From an uncultured virus (IMG/VR IMGVR_UViG_3300017528_000566) (lineage: Duplodnaviria > Heunggongvirae > Uroviricota > Caudoviricetes), in IMG/VR virus record IMGVR_UViG_3300017528_000566: 64,000 bases of DNA; one strand, written 5' to 3'. This document shows, piece after piece, positions 30,449 to 39,589 of this stretch. The notes below the pieces were generated by a model. It was not told the origin of the DNA. It did no database searches and worked only from the letters and a program-made list of their open reading frames with translations. The position numbers and the translations under genes are program-made. The stretch's first letter is position 1. Every line of letters begins with the position of its first letter.

Positions 30449-30772
30449 ATGCACCTTTTTGGGATCCACCCCTGGGGATCTGCTCTAGACGAACCTCCGA
30501 CGATGGTCGACACGCCAGTAGGTCGCGCATGCGACTGGTGTCTTGAGCTCATTGCCGCGGGCGACTCGGGCATGGTCATGCCTCTAATTCAACCGGACGG
30601 TGAGGCAACGACCTCAGTCCAGCATCGCGAATGCCATCTCCGACAGATCGTGGGCTCTGTGGGCCACCAGGAGTGTACCTGCTCATGCTTCGGCGGCGAC
30701 CGCGAAGATCCACCCGAGATGACTAGACGCCAGGCTGCTCATGCCGCCGTCGAGCTGTTCTACGGGCGGTGA
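30449..30772 (+). CDS. zinc-binding hypothetical protein
   Basis: C..C.E.I..GD.G....H.EC....CSC. Confidence 0.55.
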   Translation: MHLFGIHPWGSALDEPPTMVDTPVGRACDWCLELIAAGDSGMVMPLIQPDGEATTSVQHRECHLRQIVGSVGHQECTCSCFGGDREDPPEMTRRQAAHAAVELFYGR

Positions 30773-30811
30773 TCCCGGCCAGGTCAGCCGGCGGGAACAG
30801 GGCGCCCGGCG

Positions 30812-31414
30812 TCAAGTGCTGGCTATTTGACGGTGCTTAAGCATCTCGAGTTGAGCTTCTGTGCGTGTCAGCACTGACGGCTCATCTTCTGGCTGCGCAA
30901 CGCGCCAGGACCCACGTGACGCGGAGATGAACGTGTTCTCTTTCACCAGTTTGCCTGTCTTGTCATCCCGCATCGGCTCACCGTCGGGACCCAAGACATT
31001 ATGCTTGCTCTGGCTAAGCACATACGACAGCTTGGGCATGGCCATGGGTACCTTTGCGGCTTTTAAGGCCAGCCGTATCTCCTCCAGCGTCATGGTGCGA
31101 TCGCCAAGCACGTGCTTCAGTTTGTCGGCCGCGGTCATCTCTGCCAGCTGGTTGGCCGAAGCTCGACGACCCGCCAAAGCCGGCACGAGTTGCAATGATG
31201 GTGTTCTCAGAGTGGGCTCCGTTTCAGACGTGGCCGTGCCTAGGATTGGCGCAAACGTCTGCTGAATCGTTTCGCGCTGCCGCTGCGCCCGGACAAGAGT
31301 CTCTTTGGCAGCCTCGTACTCCGCCTGTACGAGGCGAAGGCGCTCTTCGGCTTCGTTTACCTCTTGGTCCAGCGTAGCGACCAACCTCTGAACTTGTTCG
31401 GCTTTTGTCGTCAT
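30812..31414 (-). CDS. coiled-coil plus putative winged-helix protein (paralog family)
   Basis: VLGDRTMT..E...AL...F....RG.WRV shared with 54043-54894 and 55209-55694. Confidence 0.6.
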   Translation of the reverse strand: MTTKAEQVQRLVATLDQEVNEAEERLRLVQAEYEAAKETLVRAQRQRETIQQTFAPILGTATSETEPTLRTPSLQLVPALAGRRASANQLAEMTAADKLKHVLGDRTMTLEEIRLALKAAKVPMAMPKLSYVLSQSKHNVLGPDGEPMRDDKTGKLVKENTFISASRGSWRVAQPEDEPSVLTRTEAQLEMLKHRQIAST

Positions 31415-31731
31415 GGTGTTCGCTCCTGGCCTCTCTGTAGAAACGCCAGTATCGGCTCCAAAGACCGCTCTTTGTCAAGAGTGCCAGAAGCTGATGGCAG
31501 GCGATTCTGGCTCTCTTGAGTGAGCACCGGGACCCTATTCGGCACCGCACGATCTTACCGGATTAGACGCCGGGATCATGCTCTCGAACTTGAGAGGCTC
31601 CCAAAACGCTCGCCGCGGCGGGAACACCACTCTTGATGGCCACCTGTTCTGGTTAGCCGCGAAGACCAATGCGAAAAAGCAGTGCGAAAAAACTCGACAA
31701 GCTTCGAGGGGCATCAATATACACACCCCTA

Positions 31732-32463
31732 ATGACAGCAATGTACCCCCCGTTGAACCCAGCCTTCAGCTATTTTGGCAGTAAGTGGTCCCTCGTCCGG
31801 GGCGGCAAATACCCACCGCCGCTCTACCCATTGATCATCGAGCCATTCGCGGGTTCGGCGGGCTACTCGCTGCATCACCACTGGCATCAGGTCGTCCTGG
31901 TGGATGTTAACCCAACCATCGTTGACATATGGGGCGCCGTAATGTCTGCGGATGAGACGCTCTATGATTTGCCGGATGACTTTGAGACTGTGCCGACAAA
32001 CATAGCCCCTGGGTTACAGGCCCTCATAGGGCACTGGATCTCTCATGCTACTTCGACGCCACGCAATAAGGTTTCGGCTTGGATGCGGCGTTACCCTAAT
32101 GGTGGGTGGTGGGGGCAACGGATCAAGCATCGCCTCATCACGCAAGCGCCCTATATCCGTCATTGGCAGATTTGCGACCCAGCGTCTTACCGGGCGTTGC
32201 CGGACGTTGAAGCCACGTGGTTCTTTGATCCACCATACCAACACCAACCTAATAGCTACGCCTGCCCTCCCATCGACTATGCGGACCTCGCCGATTTCGT
32301 CCTGTCGCGTCGGGGTCAAGTTATCGTGTGCGAGGGCGGCCAGGCGGATTGGCTTCCGTTTTTGCCGCTCGCACCGGGCCGGAAAAAAACCAGCTGCAAA
32401 AAGGGCAACATCGGCCTAGACGAGAAATTTTGGTATCGGGTCAATAGCCCACTGAGGTTCTAA
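31732..32463 (+). CDS. DNA adenine methyltransferase (Dam/D12-like)
   Basis: FSYFGSK, IEPFAGSA (motif I), FFDPPY (motif IV). Confidence 0.9.
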   Translation: MTAMYPPLNPAFSYFGSKWSLVRGGKYPPPLYPLIIEPFAGSAGYSLHHHWHQVVLVDVNPTIVDIWGAVMSADETLYDLPDDFETVPTNIAPGLQALIGHWISHATSTPRNKVSAWMRRYPNGGWWGQRIKHRLITQAPYIRHWQICDPASYRALPDVEATWFFDPPYQHQPNSYACPPIDYADLADFVLSRRGQVIVCEGGQADWLPFLPLAPGRKKTSCKKGNIGLDEKFWYRVNSPLRF

Positions 32464-33146
32464 TGCCCAGAGATCTACGCTTACGCGATGCGATTGCTGC
32501 CGTCACACCGATTGGCAAAGTAGTAACGCCCTGCCTGATAGGGGAGTTGATCCGAGAGGCTTGTATTACTCCTGTGACGGCTAAGGGGAGGCCTCTAGAG
32601 CCCGAAAGACTCCCGGCCAATATTTGGGCGTATTTAGACGACGCCAAGAGGCGTGGCGAATTCTATCTGGTGGACAGGGGTGAATATAAGCGCTTGGAGA
32701 TGCCTCGAGAGCTTGAACATGCCAGTAGGATAACCCGACCTGTGCGTCGAGCGGAGCTCAAACAAGTGCCAGGGCGTCAAGCCAAACCAAGAGCACTCGA
32801 CGCAAAGCGCCAGCTCCATTCGGCAACGACAACGCTAGACATACGCGATCACGACCTAGAGAATCTTGTTGAGAAGATAGTCAGCGATAAATTCAGGGCT
32901 AAAGAGAAAGCCCGAATCTTGGCGCTAGCGACCAAAGCCTACACATGCCTGGACAAACCGTCCATCCAGGCCGACCTCCTACAAGAACTCATGGACGGCA
33001 GGCTCATGCCAGATCTGGCCCCGGTCGTTGAAGCTGACCCACCGGCTGCGCCTATTGTTGTTGCCATTGCCCCGCAACCCGAAGCTCAGCACGTCAACGG
33101 GCTGAGCCTCCAACCGCAAGGTCTACAACTAATTCGTCGAGATTAG
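32463..33146 (+). CDS. hypothetical protein (possible winged helix)
   Basis: TAATG coupling to the MTase gene; FYLVDRGEY. Confidence 0.55.
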   Translation: MPRDLRLRDAIAAVTPIGKVVTPCLIGELIREACITPVTAKGRPLEPERLPANIWAYLDDAKRRGEFYLVDRGEYKRLEMPRELEHASRITRPVRRAELKQVPGRQAKPRALDAKRQLHSATTTLDIRDHDLENLVEKIVSDKFRAKEKARILALATKAYTCLDKPSIQADLLQELMDGRLMPDLAPVVEADPPAAPIVVAIAPQPEAQHVNGLSLQPQGLQLIRRD

Positions 33147-34579
33147 CCCAGAAGCCGCTGCACGAAGCCTGAGACGGCTGAGCGCAGTTTAGCCTTGTAC
33201 CCCGCCAGCATAGGTGCTGGTCCAGGCTCAGGTGGATTCAGGCGAGCCGGTAGGTCAACTTCAGACTTGGCTGCTACCGGTGGGACCACAGTGAGATCAG
33301 GGGTCGGGGCACTTGGGCTTGGGCTTGAACTTGGGGTACTGGACGAGCTGTGGCGCGACCGCTTGGCAAGCGCCTCAGAAACGAGTTCGTCTCGCCATTT
33401 CGCGTCGGTGCAGATTTGTTGTCGCTTTGCCGGCGACATGCTTGAACAGTCAATAATGACCAGCGTTGGCTTCGAAAACGCGATGTTCCGAGGTCGTGCT
33501 GCCGATGCGATTGTCTGCCCATCGCACACGAAAAGCACCGGCTCGCGCGGACGACAATACCAGCGCAGTTCATCATTGGCGCCGCCCTTGTTGTTCCGAC
33601 TGGGGCCAAACTCGTAACGGTGGATCTCGACTGATTCGCCCGCCACATCGCGAAGCGCGATCATGCGTTTGACTCTACCCTCGCGGATCTCCGCATCCAA
33701 CCGAAGCAAGCCTCCAACGGCCAACTTAGGTTGTGTCCGCGGGCGTGTCATCCCGAGCTCATGGTAGTTGGTCGGGACTGGGTAGCTCATGGCGGGCAGA
33801 ATGCGATCAAGCGATCCTTGAACACTCCGCTCCTTGAATCCGTTGTATACTTCACCCTCGAAACCGACAAAACGAACCAGGGTGCCCACCGGGAACTGGT
33901 CCTCTGACAAGGTCAGCATTGGGGCCACGCCGTCTCTGGTCACAATATGATGATAGCGATGCGGAGTGCCGCGCAGCCGTTTGATTGCCGTGATAGCAAC
34001 TCGGCCTTCCTTGCTGCGGCGGCTCGCAATTATCGTAAGCGGTGCGTACATGTAACTCGGTCGTGCCGACAGGCGCTGCCTAATCGCCCAAGGAGCATCA
34101 AACGGATCGAAGACGTCCAGTAGCTCAAGCCTGCTCAAGCCTAGACCGGAATCGCGTACATCTAGAACCCCAAAGTTCTTTTGCGCGACACGTTGCGCAA
34201 AGTTGTCAACACAAACCAACTGCTTGAACTGTTGGTGAACGTCAGCGCTCCGATCGCCACGAACAAACGCCGGAACCACACGTGCGATCGTCTCAGTCGG
34301 TCCCGAGTGCTCATGATTTAGTGCTTCTTTGCTTACGAGCCGCTCAAGCACAGCATTCTGGGCGCGCAACACCTGGGTGGCGAACGCCCTCTGCGGCGCG
34401 TCAACGTCGCCACTGCACGAGCGGTCCAGATGGGCTCGTGGCATTGGAGCCCATGCGACTCTGCTGTGCGCAACTTGTTCTATCGCGGCACCAACGTCAC
34501 CAGGTCCCGTGTAGTCGCGCCATGGCAGAGGAGGACAGGATATAAGTAGGTCGAGTAGTGTCAGCTGTGGCTGTTTCAT
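33143..34579 (-). CDS. hypothetical protein, possibly a degenerate GHKL-type fold
   Basis: 478 aa; LDVRDSGLGL and GTLVRF resemble GHKL G1/G3 motifs; GGTGTA 10 nt upstream. Confidence 0.45.
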   Translation of the reverse strand: MKQPQLTLLDLLISCPPLPWRDYTGPGDVGAAIEQVAHSRVAWAPMPRAHLDRSCSGDVDAPQRAFATQVLRAQNAVLERLVSKEALNHEHSGPTETIARVVPAFVRGDRSADVHQQFKQLVCVDNFAQRVAQKNFGVLDVRDSGLGLSRLELLDVFDPFDAPWAIRQRLSARPSYMYAPLTIIASRRSKEGRVAITAIKRLRGTPHRYHHIVTRDGVAPMLTLSEDQFPVGTLVRFVGFEGEVYNGFKERSVQGSLDRILPAMSYPVPTNYHELGMTRPRTQPKLAVGGLLRLDAEIREGRVKRMIALRDVAGESVEIHRYEFGPSRNNKGGANDELRWYCRPREPVLFVCDGQTIASAARPRNIAFSKPTLVIIDCSSMSPAKRQQICTDAKWRDELVSEALAKRSRHSSSSTPSSSPSPSAPTPDLTVVPPVAAKSEVDLPARLNPPEPGPAPMLAGYKAKLRSAVSGFVQRLLG

Positions 34580-34613
34580 TGGGTACCATTACACCGGTTG
34601 GCAGTTATCAGAA

Positions 34614-35807
34614 TCAGCGAGTAGGCATTGGAAACGGCCGATACTTCCGCTTGCCGACAACACCCAGCAGGATTTTGTCCAAGGTCTCGTGAGCGTCCCA
34701 CGCATGTTGCGGGCGCTTCGCTGGGCTAGTCTCGAGGCAACTTCGGAAGAAGCTCGCAACGGGCTCTGGCAACACTGAAGGGAATGAAGGTACCGTTGGC
34801 TTATTAGTGCTACCGCCGATAAGCACCATACACGTGCGGGCTGCCATGTAGATGTCCGTGGCCGCCGTTGGGGTCTCTCGATTCAAGACCTCCGGTGGGT
34901 AGTAGTCCCGGTACTGGTTGCTGATCGCCGGCACATGCGGGTGAGTACCGAACTCGTCTGTCTTGAGCATCGAATAGTACGACTTGGCAGGCTTCGCTGG
35001 CTTCGTTGGCTCGAGCTCGACCGCGTAGCTCCAGTCAACCAGCTTGGCCCCATGGTCGATCGGATGAATCATCACATGCGGCGGCAGGATCGCGCCGTGG
35101 ATGACGTTGTTGGCGTGTGCGTGCCCAATCCCGTGAAGGATGCGCTTGAACATCCAGATCATGTCCCTGAAGTCGATCCCGTCAGGGAACACTCGCAGCA
35201 CTTCATCGAGCCCGCGGTGCTGTGGAAACCAACTCATCACGTTGACTCGGCGCTGGTACCCCGGGCCGCTGATGATGAATGAGTCGCTCATCTTGGGAAG
35301 GAAGCGGAAGAACTTCTCCTCCTTGGCAGCCGGGGGGTACAGCTTGCCAAGGACCCGCGCTTCGGCTTCCGCAAGGTCGTTGTTGGAGCCGTCACGGGTG
35401 ACCTTGAACAGCTGCAGGTCGAGCAGTGAGTCGCCCAGATAGCCCGTGTAGAGCTCGCACAGGTCACCGGACGCCACTCGTTGAGTCAGGGTGTACCGAC
35501 GTCCATTCGCCTCAATGACCATCGGCGAAAACGGCAACTTCGGTGGCCCCGCTTTCACTCCCTTGTTTCCATAGGTGCCGGCTGTGACTTTGCGGTCCGC
35601 GGCTCCCTTGAGATTCGTGAGAGCCGTGAGCAGTTCGTTGGCGAGTGCGAACTCTGGCGGTTTGCCTATGAAGTGATCCGGGTGGATCTGCACGAGCAGT
35701 TGCTTGTAGGTGGTGCTGATCGTGCTGCCATCCACTCCAAAGAGGTCCTCGGGGCACTCTGCCGTGTGAGCGGCTACTATTTTGCTGGCGATTGCGTTCA
35801 GGTCCAT
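34614..35807 (-). CDS. J-domain / Ser-Thr kinase-like fusion protein
   Basis: YKQLLVQIHPDH (J-like); LFK, E, IHGAILP (atypical catalytic loop), KLVDW, YPPE, TDIY. Confidence 0.8.
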   Translation of the reverse strand: MDLNAIASKIVAAHTAECPEDLFGVDGSTISTTYKQLLVQIHPDHFIGKPPEFALANELLTALTNLKGAADRKVTAGTYGNKGVKAGPPKLPFSPMVIEANGRRYTLTQRVASGDLCELYTGYLGDSLLDLQLFKVTRDGSNNDLAEAEARVLGKLYPPAAKEEKFFRFLPKMSDSFIISGPGYQRRVNVMSWFPQHRGLDEVLRVFPDGIDFRDMIWMFKRILHGIGHAHANNVIHGAILPPHVMIHPIDHGAKLVDWSYAVELEPTKPAKPAKSYYSMLKTDEFGTHPHVPAISNQYRDYYPPEVLNRETPTAATDIYMAARTCMVLIGGSTNKPTVPSFPSVLPEPVASFFRSCLETSPAKRPQHAWDAHETLDKILLGVVGKRKYRPFPMPTR

Positions 35808-35824
35808 TTTGCCTTTTAAACGAG

Positions 35825-35868
35825 GGGATCTCGGTCAGTATGGGATGTGCCATACTGACCGAGATCCC
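35825..35868. terminator. perfect 19-bp inverted repeat closing the pentamer array
   Basis: gggatctcggtcagtatgg (35825-35843), 6-nt loop, ccatactgaccgagatccc (35850-35868). Confidence 0.75.
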
Positions 35869-36482
35869 AGTGCCGTGACTAAACAGGACAGAACACGACC
35901 CGACTAGACTTGCCATGACTTGCCTGCAATGACGTGACGGGACGTACGCGACGAACCCGACTCGACACATCGTGCCTGCTGTAACAAAACCTGACCGGAC
36001 TTGACTCAGCTAGAGGGGACTAGACTAAACACGCCTGCAATGACGGGACAAGGCACAACATGACATGCGCTGACTGGACACGACGCGACTAAGCTTGCCT
36101 GCGGGGACTTGACCAGACTGAGGCCAACTAGGCTAGACACGCTACACCTGCACTAACGAAACAGGACATGACTCGACTAAACTAGACGGGGATCTTCAAC
36201 TGTGATGACCAGAGCCGACATACCACGACATGACACACACGACAAAACTGGCCTGCAATAACTCGACACGAGATGACGTGACTCGACTAGACATGCCCCG
36301 ACTTGCCTGCGATGACCAACCATGACACAAGGCGACATGCCCCGACCCGACAAGACGGGACTCGACTGCAATGACAGGACTCGACGTTACCCAACGTGAC
36401 CAGACCGGACTAAACACGCCTGCGATGACGTGACGTGACTTGACTTGACACAGCTCGACTGGACACGACAGGACTTACCTGC
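35868..36482 (-). ncRNA. 11-unit array of GCAGGY + (NN-GTY)x8-11 units; putative guide-RNA array (non-CRISPR)
   Basis: boundary hexamer (+ strand gcctgc or variant) at 35868, 35922, 35974, 36033, 36097, 36146, 36198, 36251, 36305, 36364, 36418, 36477; interiors are GACNN/AACNN pentamers; the RNA role is inferred. Confidence 0.75.
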
Positions 36483-36506
36483 CACACCCAGACGTGGTGA
36501 TAACAC

Positions 36507-36971
36507 TCAAATCGAGGGTTGTTCACCCACGGTCAGAGATTCTGCTGCATTGAGCTGATCAATGGCACGGAAGACCGTGGCCAGCTCAGTGAGCGTTTGG
36601 AACTTCCGACGGAAGGCGGCGAGCTCGCGCCGCGCTTCTGCCAGTAGTTGACTGCGCATCTCGGTGTCGCTAAGGACAGTGATGACCTCGCGATATCCGC
36701 CGCCGCCGTGGCGATCGGCTTGAAGGCTGACGAACTTGCGCGTTTTGATTCGTTGCCCAGACTCAACCTCCATCGTGATCTTGACTCGGATGATGAGTTC
36801 ACGTGCTTGTTGTAGGCGCCACTGCACTCCACACTCAGTGTCATCCCATTGGAAATGTCCATGGAGCGCTGATCCTGGATTCTCTTTCGCCCATTCAACG
36901 ACCTTCGCAGGATTGACCAAGCCGTTGCGTTCTAGCTCGGTAATCTCTTGTGCAACTGCTTGAAAGCTCAT
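36507..36971 (-). CDS. RAMP-associated hypothetical protein
   Basis: P..VVE.A..P.S.LH..FQWDD...RL.QAR.LI; ATGA overlap with the RAMP gene. Confidence 0.75.
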   Translation of the reverse strand: MSFQAVAQEITELERNGLVNPAKVVEWAKENPGSALHGHFQWDDTECGVQWRLQQARELIIRVKITMEVESGQRIKTRKFVSLQADRHGGGGYREVITVLSDTEMRSQLLAEARRELAAFRRKFQTLTELATVFRAIDQLNAAESLTVGEQPSI

Positions 36972-37630
36972 TCGGCTGCCTCCTCGAGCTCAACACTCTC
37001 CTGCAGGCAGAAGGTTCCCCACCCGACACCAGTGCTCTGGCGCGAATTCGGGCGTCCCTCCCCGATACCGACTTGCTCACCGGCGCGAGCCAACAGGTTC
37101 AAGACCGACGACGTATCGAATTGGTCGGCATCGAAGCGAATCCGCAGCTTCAAGCACCACCGCTTCCACTGCGGACGAGCTCGCACGTCCATGCCGCCGT
37201 TTGCGTTACGAAGCGGTGCGTCCAGACGCCCACGGTCACCGTAAATGCGTACGAGGGGAGCACCGTCGACGGAATCAAAACCATCAGCAACGATAAAGAT
37301 TGCCAACTTCGCCCGCGCCATTACAACACCGCAGAGACGGCAAGCGTCGATCATCGCAGAGCGAAGGGCACCAGCTGGGACTCCGTACCAACCCTCCGTA
37401 GACCGGTGCGTTGCCTCCTCGAACTGTGCCTCAAAGTCCTTCGGGGCGAGATTCTTCTTGCCTTTTGCCTTTGAGCCGGCTTCCTGGTTGGCGATCATTT
37501 GGTGCACCGCCTTAGCGCCGAAGGCGTGGATTACCAGTGGTGCTGTGCCCACGACCGTGACCTCGACCGTCTGCATGTTTGCACGTCTGATTGTGACTGG
37601 CTCGTCTGTCGACTTTGTACGTGGTGGCAT
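36968..37630 (-). CDS. solo Cas7-like RAMP-fold protein
   Basis: V.V.GTAPLVIH (beta1), YGVPAGALRSAM (P..S.KG-equivalent helix), and C-terminal glycine-rich loop AGEQVGIGEGRP....GVGWGTF. Confidence 0.75.
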   Translation of the reverse strand: MPPRTKSTDEPVTIRRANMQTVEVTVVGTAPLVIHAFGAKAVHQMIANQEAGSKAKGKKNLAPKDFEAQFEEATHRSTEGWYGVPAGALRSAMIDACRLCGVVMARAKLAIFIVADGFDSVDGAPLVRIYGDRGRLDAPLRNANGGMDVRARPQWKRWCLKLRIRFDADQFDTSSVLNLLARAGEQVGIGEGRPNSRQSTGVGWGTFCLQESVELEEAAE

Positions 37631-37729
37631 TTGAGTGTTCTCTTTCTGATGTGAGGTAGAACCGCGAACAACATCTCGCGACTTCGAGCCCTATTACACC
37701 GGCACGCAGGGGCGAAGCACCGAGGGCCA

Positions 37730-39046
37730 TCAAATTCTCAGCTGGGGTGGGCGGTAAAGCTTGTCGGCCGCTGTCGGGCCTACGGAACACCACGATACGG
37801 GTCTCTCCAGGGCTTCTTCGATCCGGTCGATCAGCTCTTGTCTCGACTTGAGCTCGCGATAGACCGGTCGTGCCTTCATGAGACCGCTGGTGAGCTGCTC
37901 TTGAAATGAGAGCTTTGGCGGGAGCGCCTTCTGTACCTTCAGTCGCTTGAAGACCACCCCGAGGGGGAACTGGTACCCCGTGCAGATCTTGGGCCGCTCC
38001 GACTTGATCTTATCCAGGTTCGTCACGATGACTTCATCGAGGCGCCCCACTACTCGGCGCGCATATTGAGCAAGGACCGTGTCGAACGCTCCGACCCGGA
38101 ATCGCTGTTGATACACACCTGTGACGTTGTCTCGATCACCCTCGATCTCAATGGAGGGGTCGTCCGTTGGGAAGGGGCCGGCTCCGTGACGCGTTGTGTA
38201 GCCGCGGATGACCCCAATCCTAGTGGCCTCTGCTGAATCGAATCTGGCCTCGTCCAAGAGCTCAAGGGCATTCTTGAAGGTGGTGCTCGACCACGTCGTG
38301 TATGGATGGAATCCATAGTCCTGGTCCAGCAGGACGCCTTGAGCCCCCTCAAAGATCAGATCTCCGGACTGCTTCACGAGGTGCCGTAGACGAACTCGGT
38401 CGACGATGCGGAAGAGCTTGCCGATCTCTAGATAGCGGTCGACTTGAAAGTCCACGTCACTCTCGGTGATGCCTATCCAGTTGGGATCGTACTCGCTCAA
38501 GCCCAGGCCTGTGAACCGCGCCAGCTTGAGCTCGCGGCTAAAGGTGAGCTTCTTGAGTAAAGCGGTCCGGTTCTGCAGATCCTCAACCTTCAGGGCCATC
38601 TCTGGGTACGCGAGGAAGTCAGAGACTGTTTCGCCAATACCCATCCCGCAAGAACCATGACGGCCCTCTCCCCGCAGTGTCTCGGTCAACCGATTGGCGG
38701 CTACCTGGTAGAGATTGGTTACCAGCGCGTCGCGGTCTAGAGAGATCAATTCGAGTGGGTCCTTCACCCCCTGCTTCTCGAGTGCCTTGGCTTCGAGAAG
38801 CAGCGTGATCGGATTCACGAGCATGTACCTGCTCAAGTAGGTGTAGGCACCTGCAAATGTGCCAGCCCCAAACTGTCGGAACGTGTGATGTCGGCCATCG
38901 GGTGTAACAACATTGTGCCCCGCTTGAGCCCCGCCGTTGAATCTGACAACTGTGACGGGGCCGCTGGCACGTCTTGCCAGGAAGTCGCAATGGGCGCCCT
39001 TGCCCTCATCACCGAGCGCCAAGCCAACGATCAGACTGATTTTCAT
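37730..39046 (-). CDS. purA: adenylosuccinate synthetase-like protein
   Basis: GLALGDEGKG, VRFNGGAQAGHNV, HGSCGMGIG, FEGAQG.LLD, YTTRHGAGPFPT, TNLD. Confidence 0.88.
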   Translation of the reverse strand: MKISLIVGLALGDEGKGAHCDFLARRASGPVTVVRFNGGAQAGHNVVTPDGRHHTFRQFGAGTFAGAYTYLSRYMLVNPITLLLEAKALEKQGVKDPLELISLDRDALVTNLYQVAANRLTETLRGEGRHGSCGMGIGETVSDFLAYPEMALKVEDLQNRTALLKKLTFSRELKLARFTGLGLSEYDPNWIGITESDVDFQVDRYLEIGKLFRIVDRVRLRHLVKQSGDLIFEGAQGVLLDQDYGFHPYTTWSSTTFKNALELLDEARFDSAEATRIGVIRGYTTRHGAGPFPTDDPSIEIEGDRDNVTGVYQQRFRVGAFDTVLAQYARRVVGRLDEVIVTNLDKIKSERPKICTGYQFPLGVVFKRLKVQKALPPKLSFQEQLTSGLMKARPVYRELKSRQELIDRIEEALERPVSWCSVGPTAADKLYRPPQLRI

Positions 39047-39064
39047 TTTCTGGTCCCCGGTGGC

Positions 39065-39589
39065 ATGAGTTTCGGTGTCTACAGGTGTCCCTGTTGCGGG
39101 ATTCGCGAGGTCGAGCGCCGAAAGCCCAAGGGGGCCATTCCAAGATGTGGCGACTGTCTGCGGGCGAGCGCTGACGGCAGATTGGGCCGGCAACGCGAAA
39201 AGCGGCGGGGAGTGCTTTCGAGGCGGAGACGCATTCTTAGAAAGAGCCCCGCCTCGAAAGCGAACGAGAGTTCTGGCCGCTACTGCAGAAAGTTGAGAAG
39301 GTTCGGACTGCCGTTATCGTGGCTCGAGTTGTCCAACACTAGCTGCGGGATCTGCAAAACTAGAGACCCAGGTGGACGCGGTGGTTGGCACTTTGATCAT
39401 GACCATCGGTGCTGCGCTAAGGGCTGCCCCAAGTGTTTTAGAGGGCTGCTCTGCCATCACTGCAATGTCGGGCTAGGTCTTTTCAAGGACGATCCCGACC
39501 GCCTCTCCGCAGCCATCGACTGGGTCTCGAGGAACGAATCAGAGACGTGTGGTGGTGTTGATCTTACTCATGACACCTGTGACGGGTAG
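39065..39589 (+). CDS. endonuclease VII-like HNH nuclease
   Basis: CGIC...HFDHDH...RGLLCHHCNVGLGLFKDDPDRL..AI. Confidence 0.85.
   Translation: MSFGVYRCPCCGIREVERRKPKGAIPRCGDCLRASADGRLGRQREKRRGVLSRRRRILRKSPASKANESSGRYCRKLRRFGLPLSWLELSNTSCGICKTRDPGGRGGWHFDHDHRCCAKGCPKCFRGLLCHHCNVGLGLFKDDPDRLSAAIDWVSRNESETCGGVDLTHDTCDG

Noticed and set aside
31732..32463. MTase as cognate partner of the Eco29kI-like nuclease
   Set aside because: It is a DPPY amino-methyltransferase 4 kb away, whereas Eco29kI systems use a C5 methylase; probably an orphan phage MTase.
35868..36482. Canonical CRISPR array or protein-coding repeat
   Set aside because: There are no 23-47-nt identical repeats with unique spacers, only a 6-nt boundary. 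The short overlapping ORFs (36177-36371, 36196-36417) are S/R/V/C-rich artefacts of a 5-nt period that does not fit codon phase.
37730..39046. PurZ (Z-base genome)
   Set aside because: The catalytic motif is GDEGKG (Asp, PurA type), not the Ser-containing PurZ motif.
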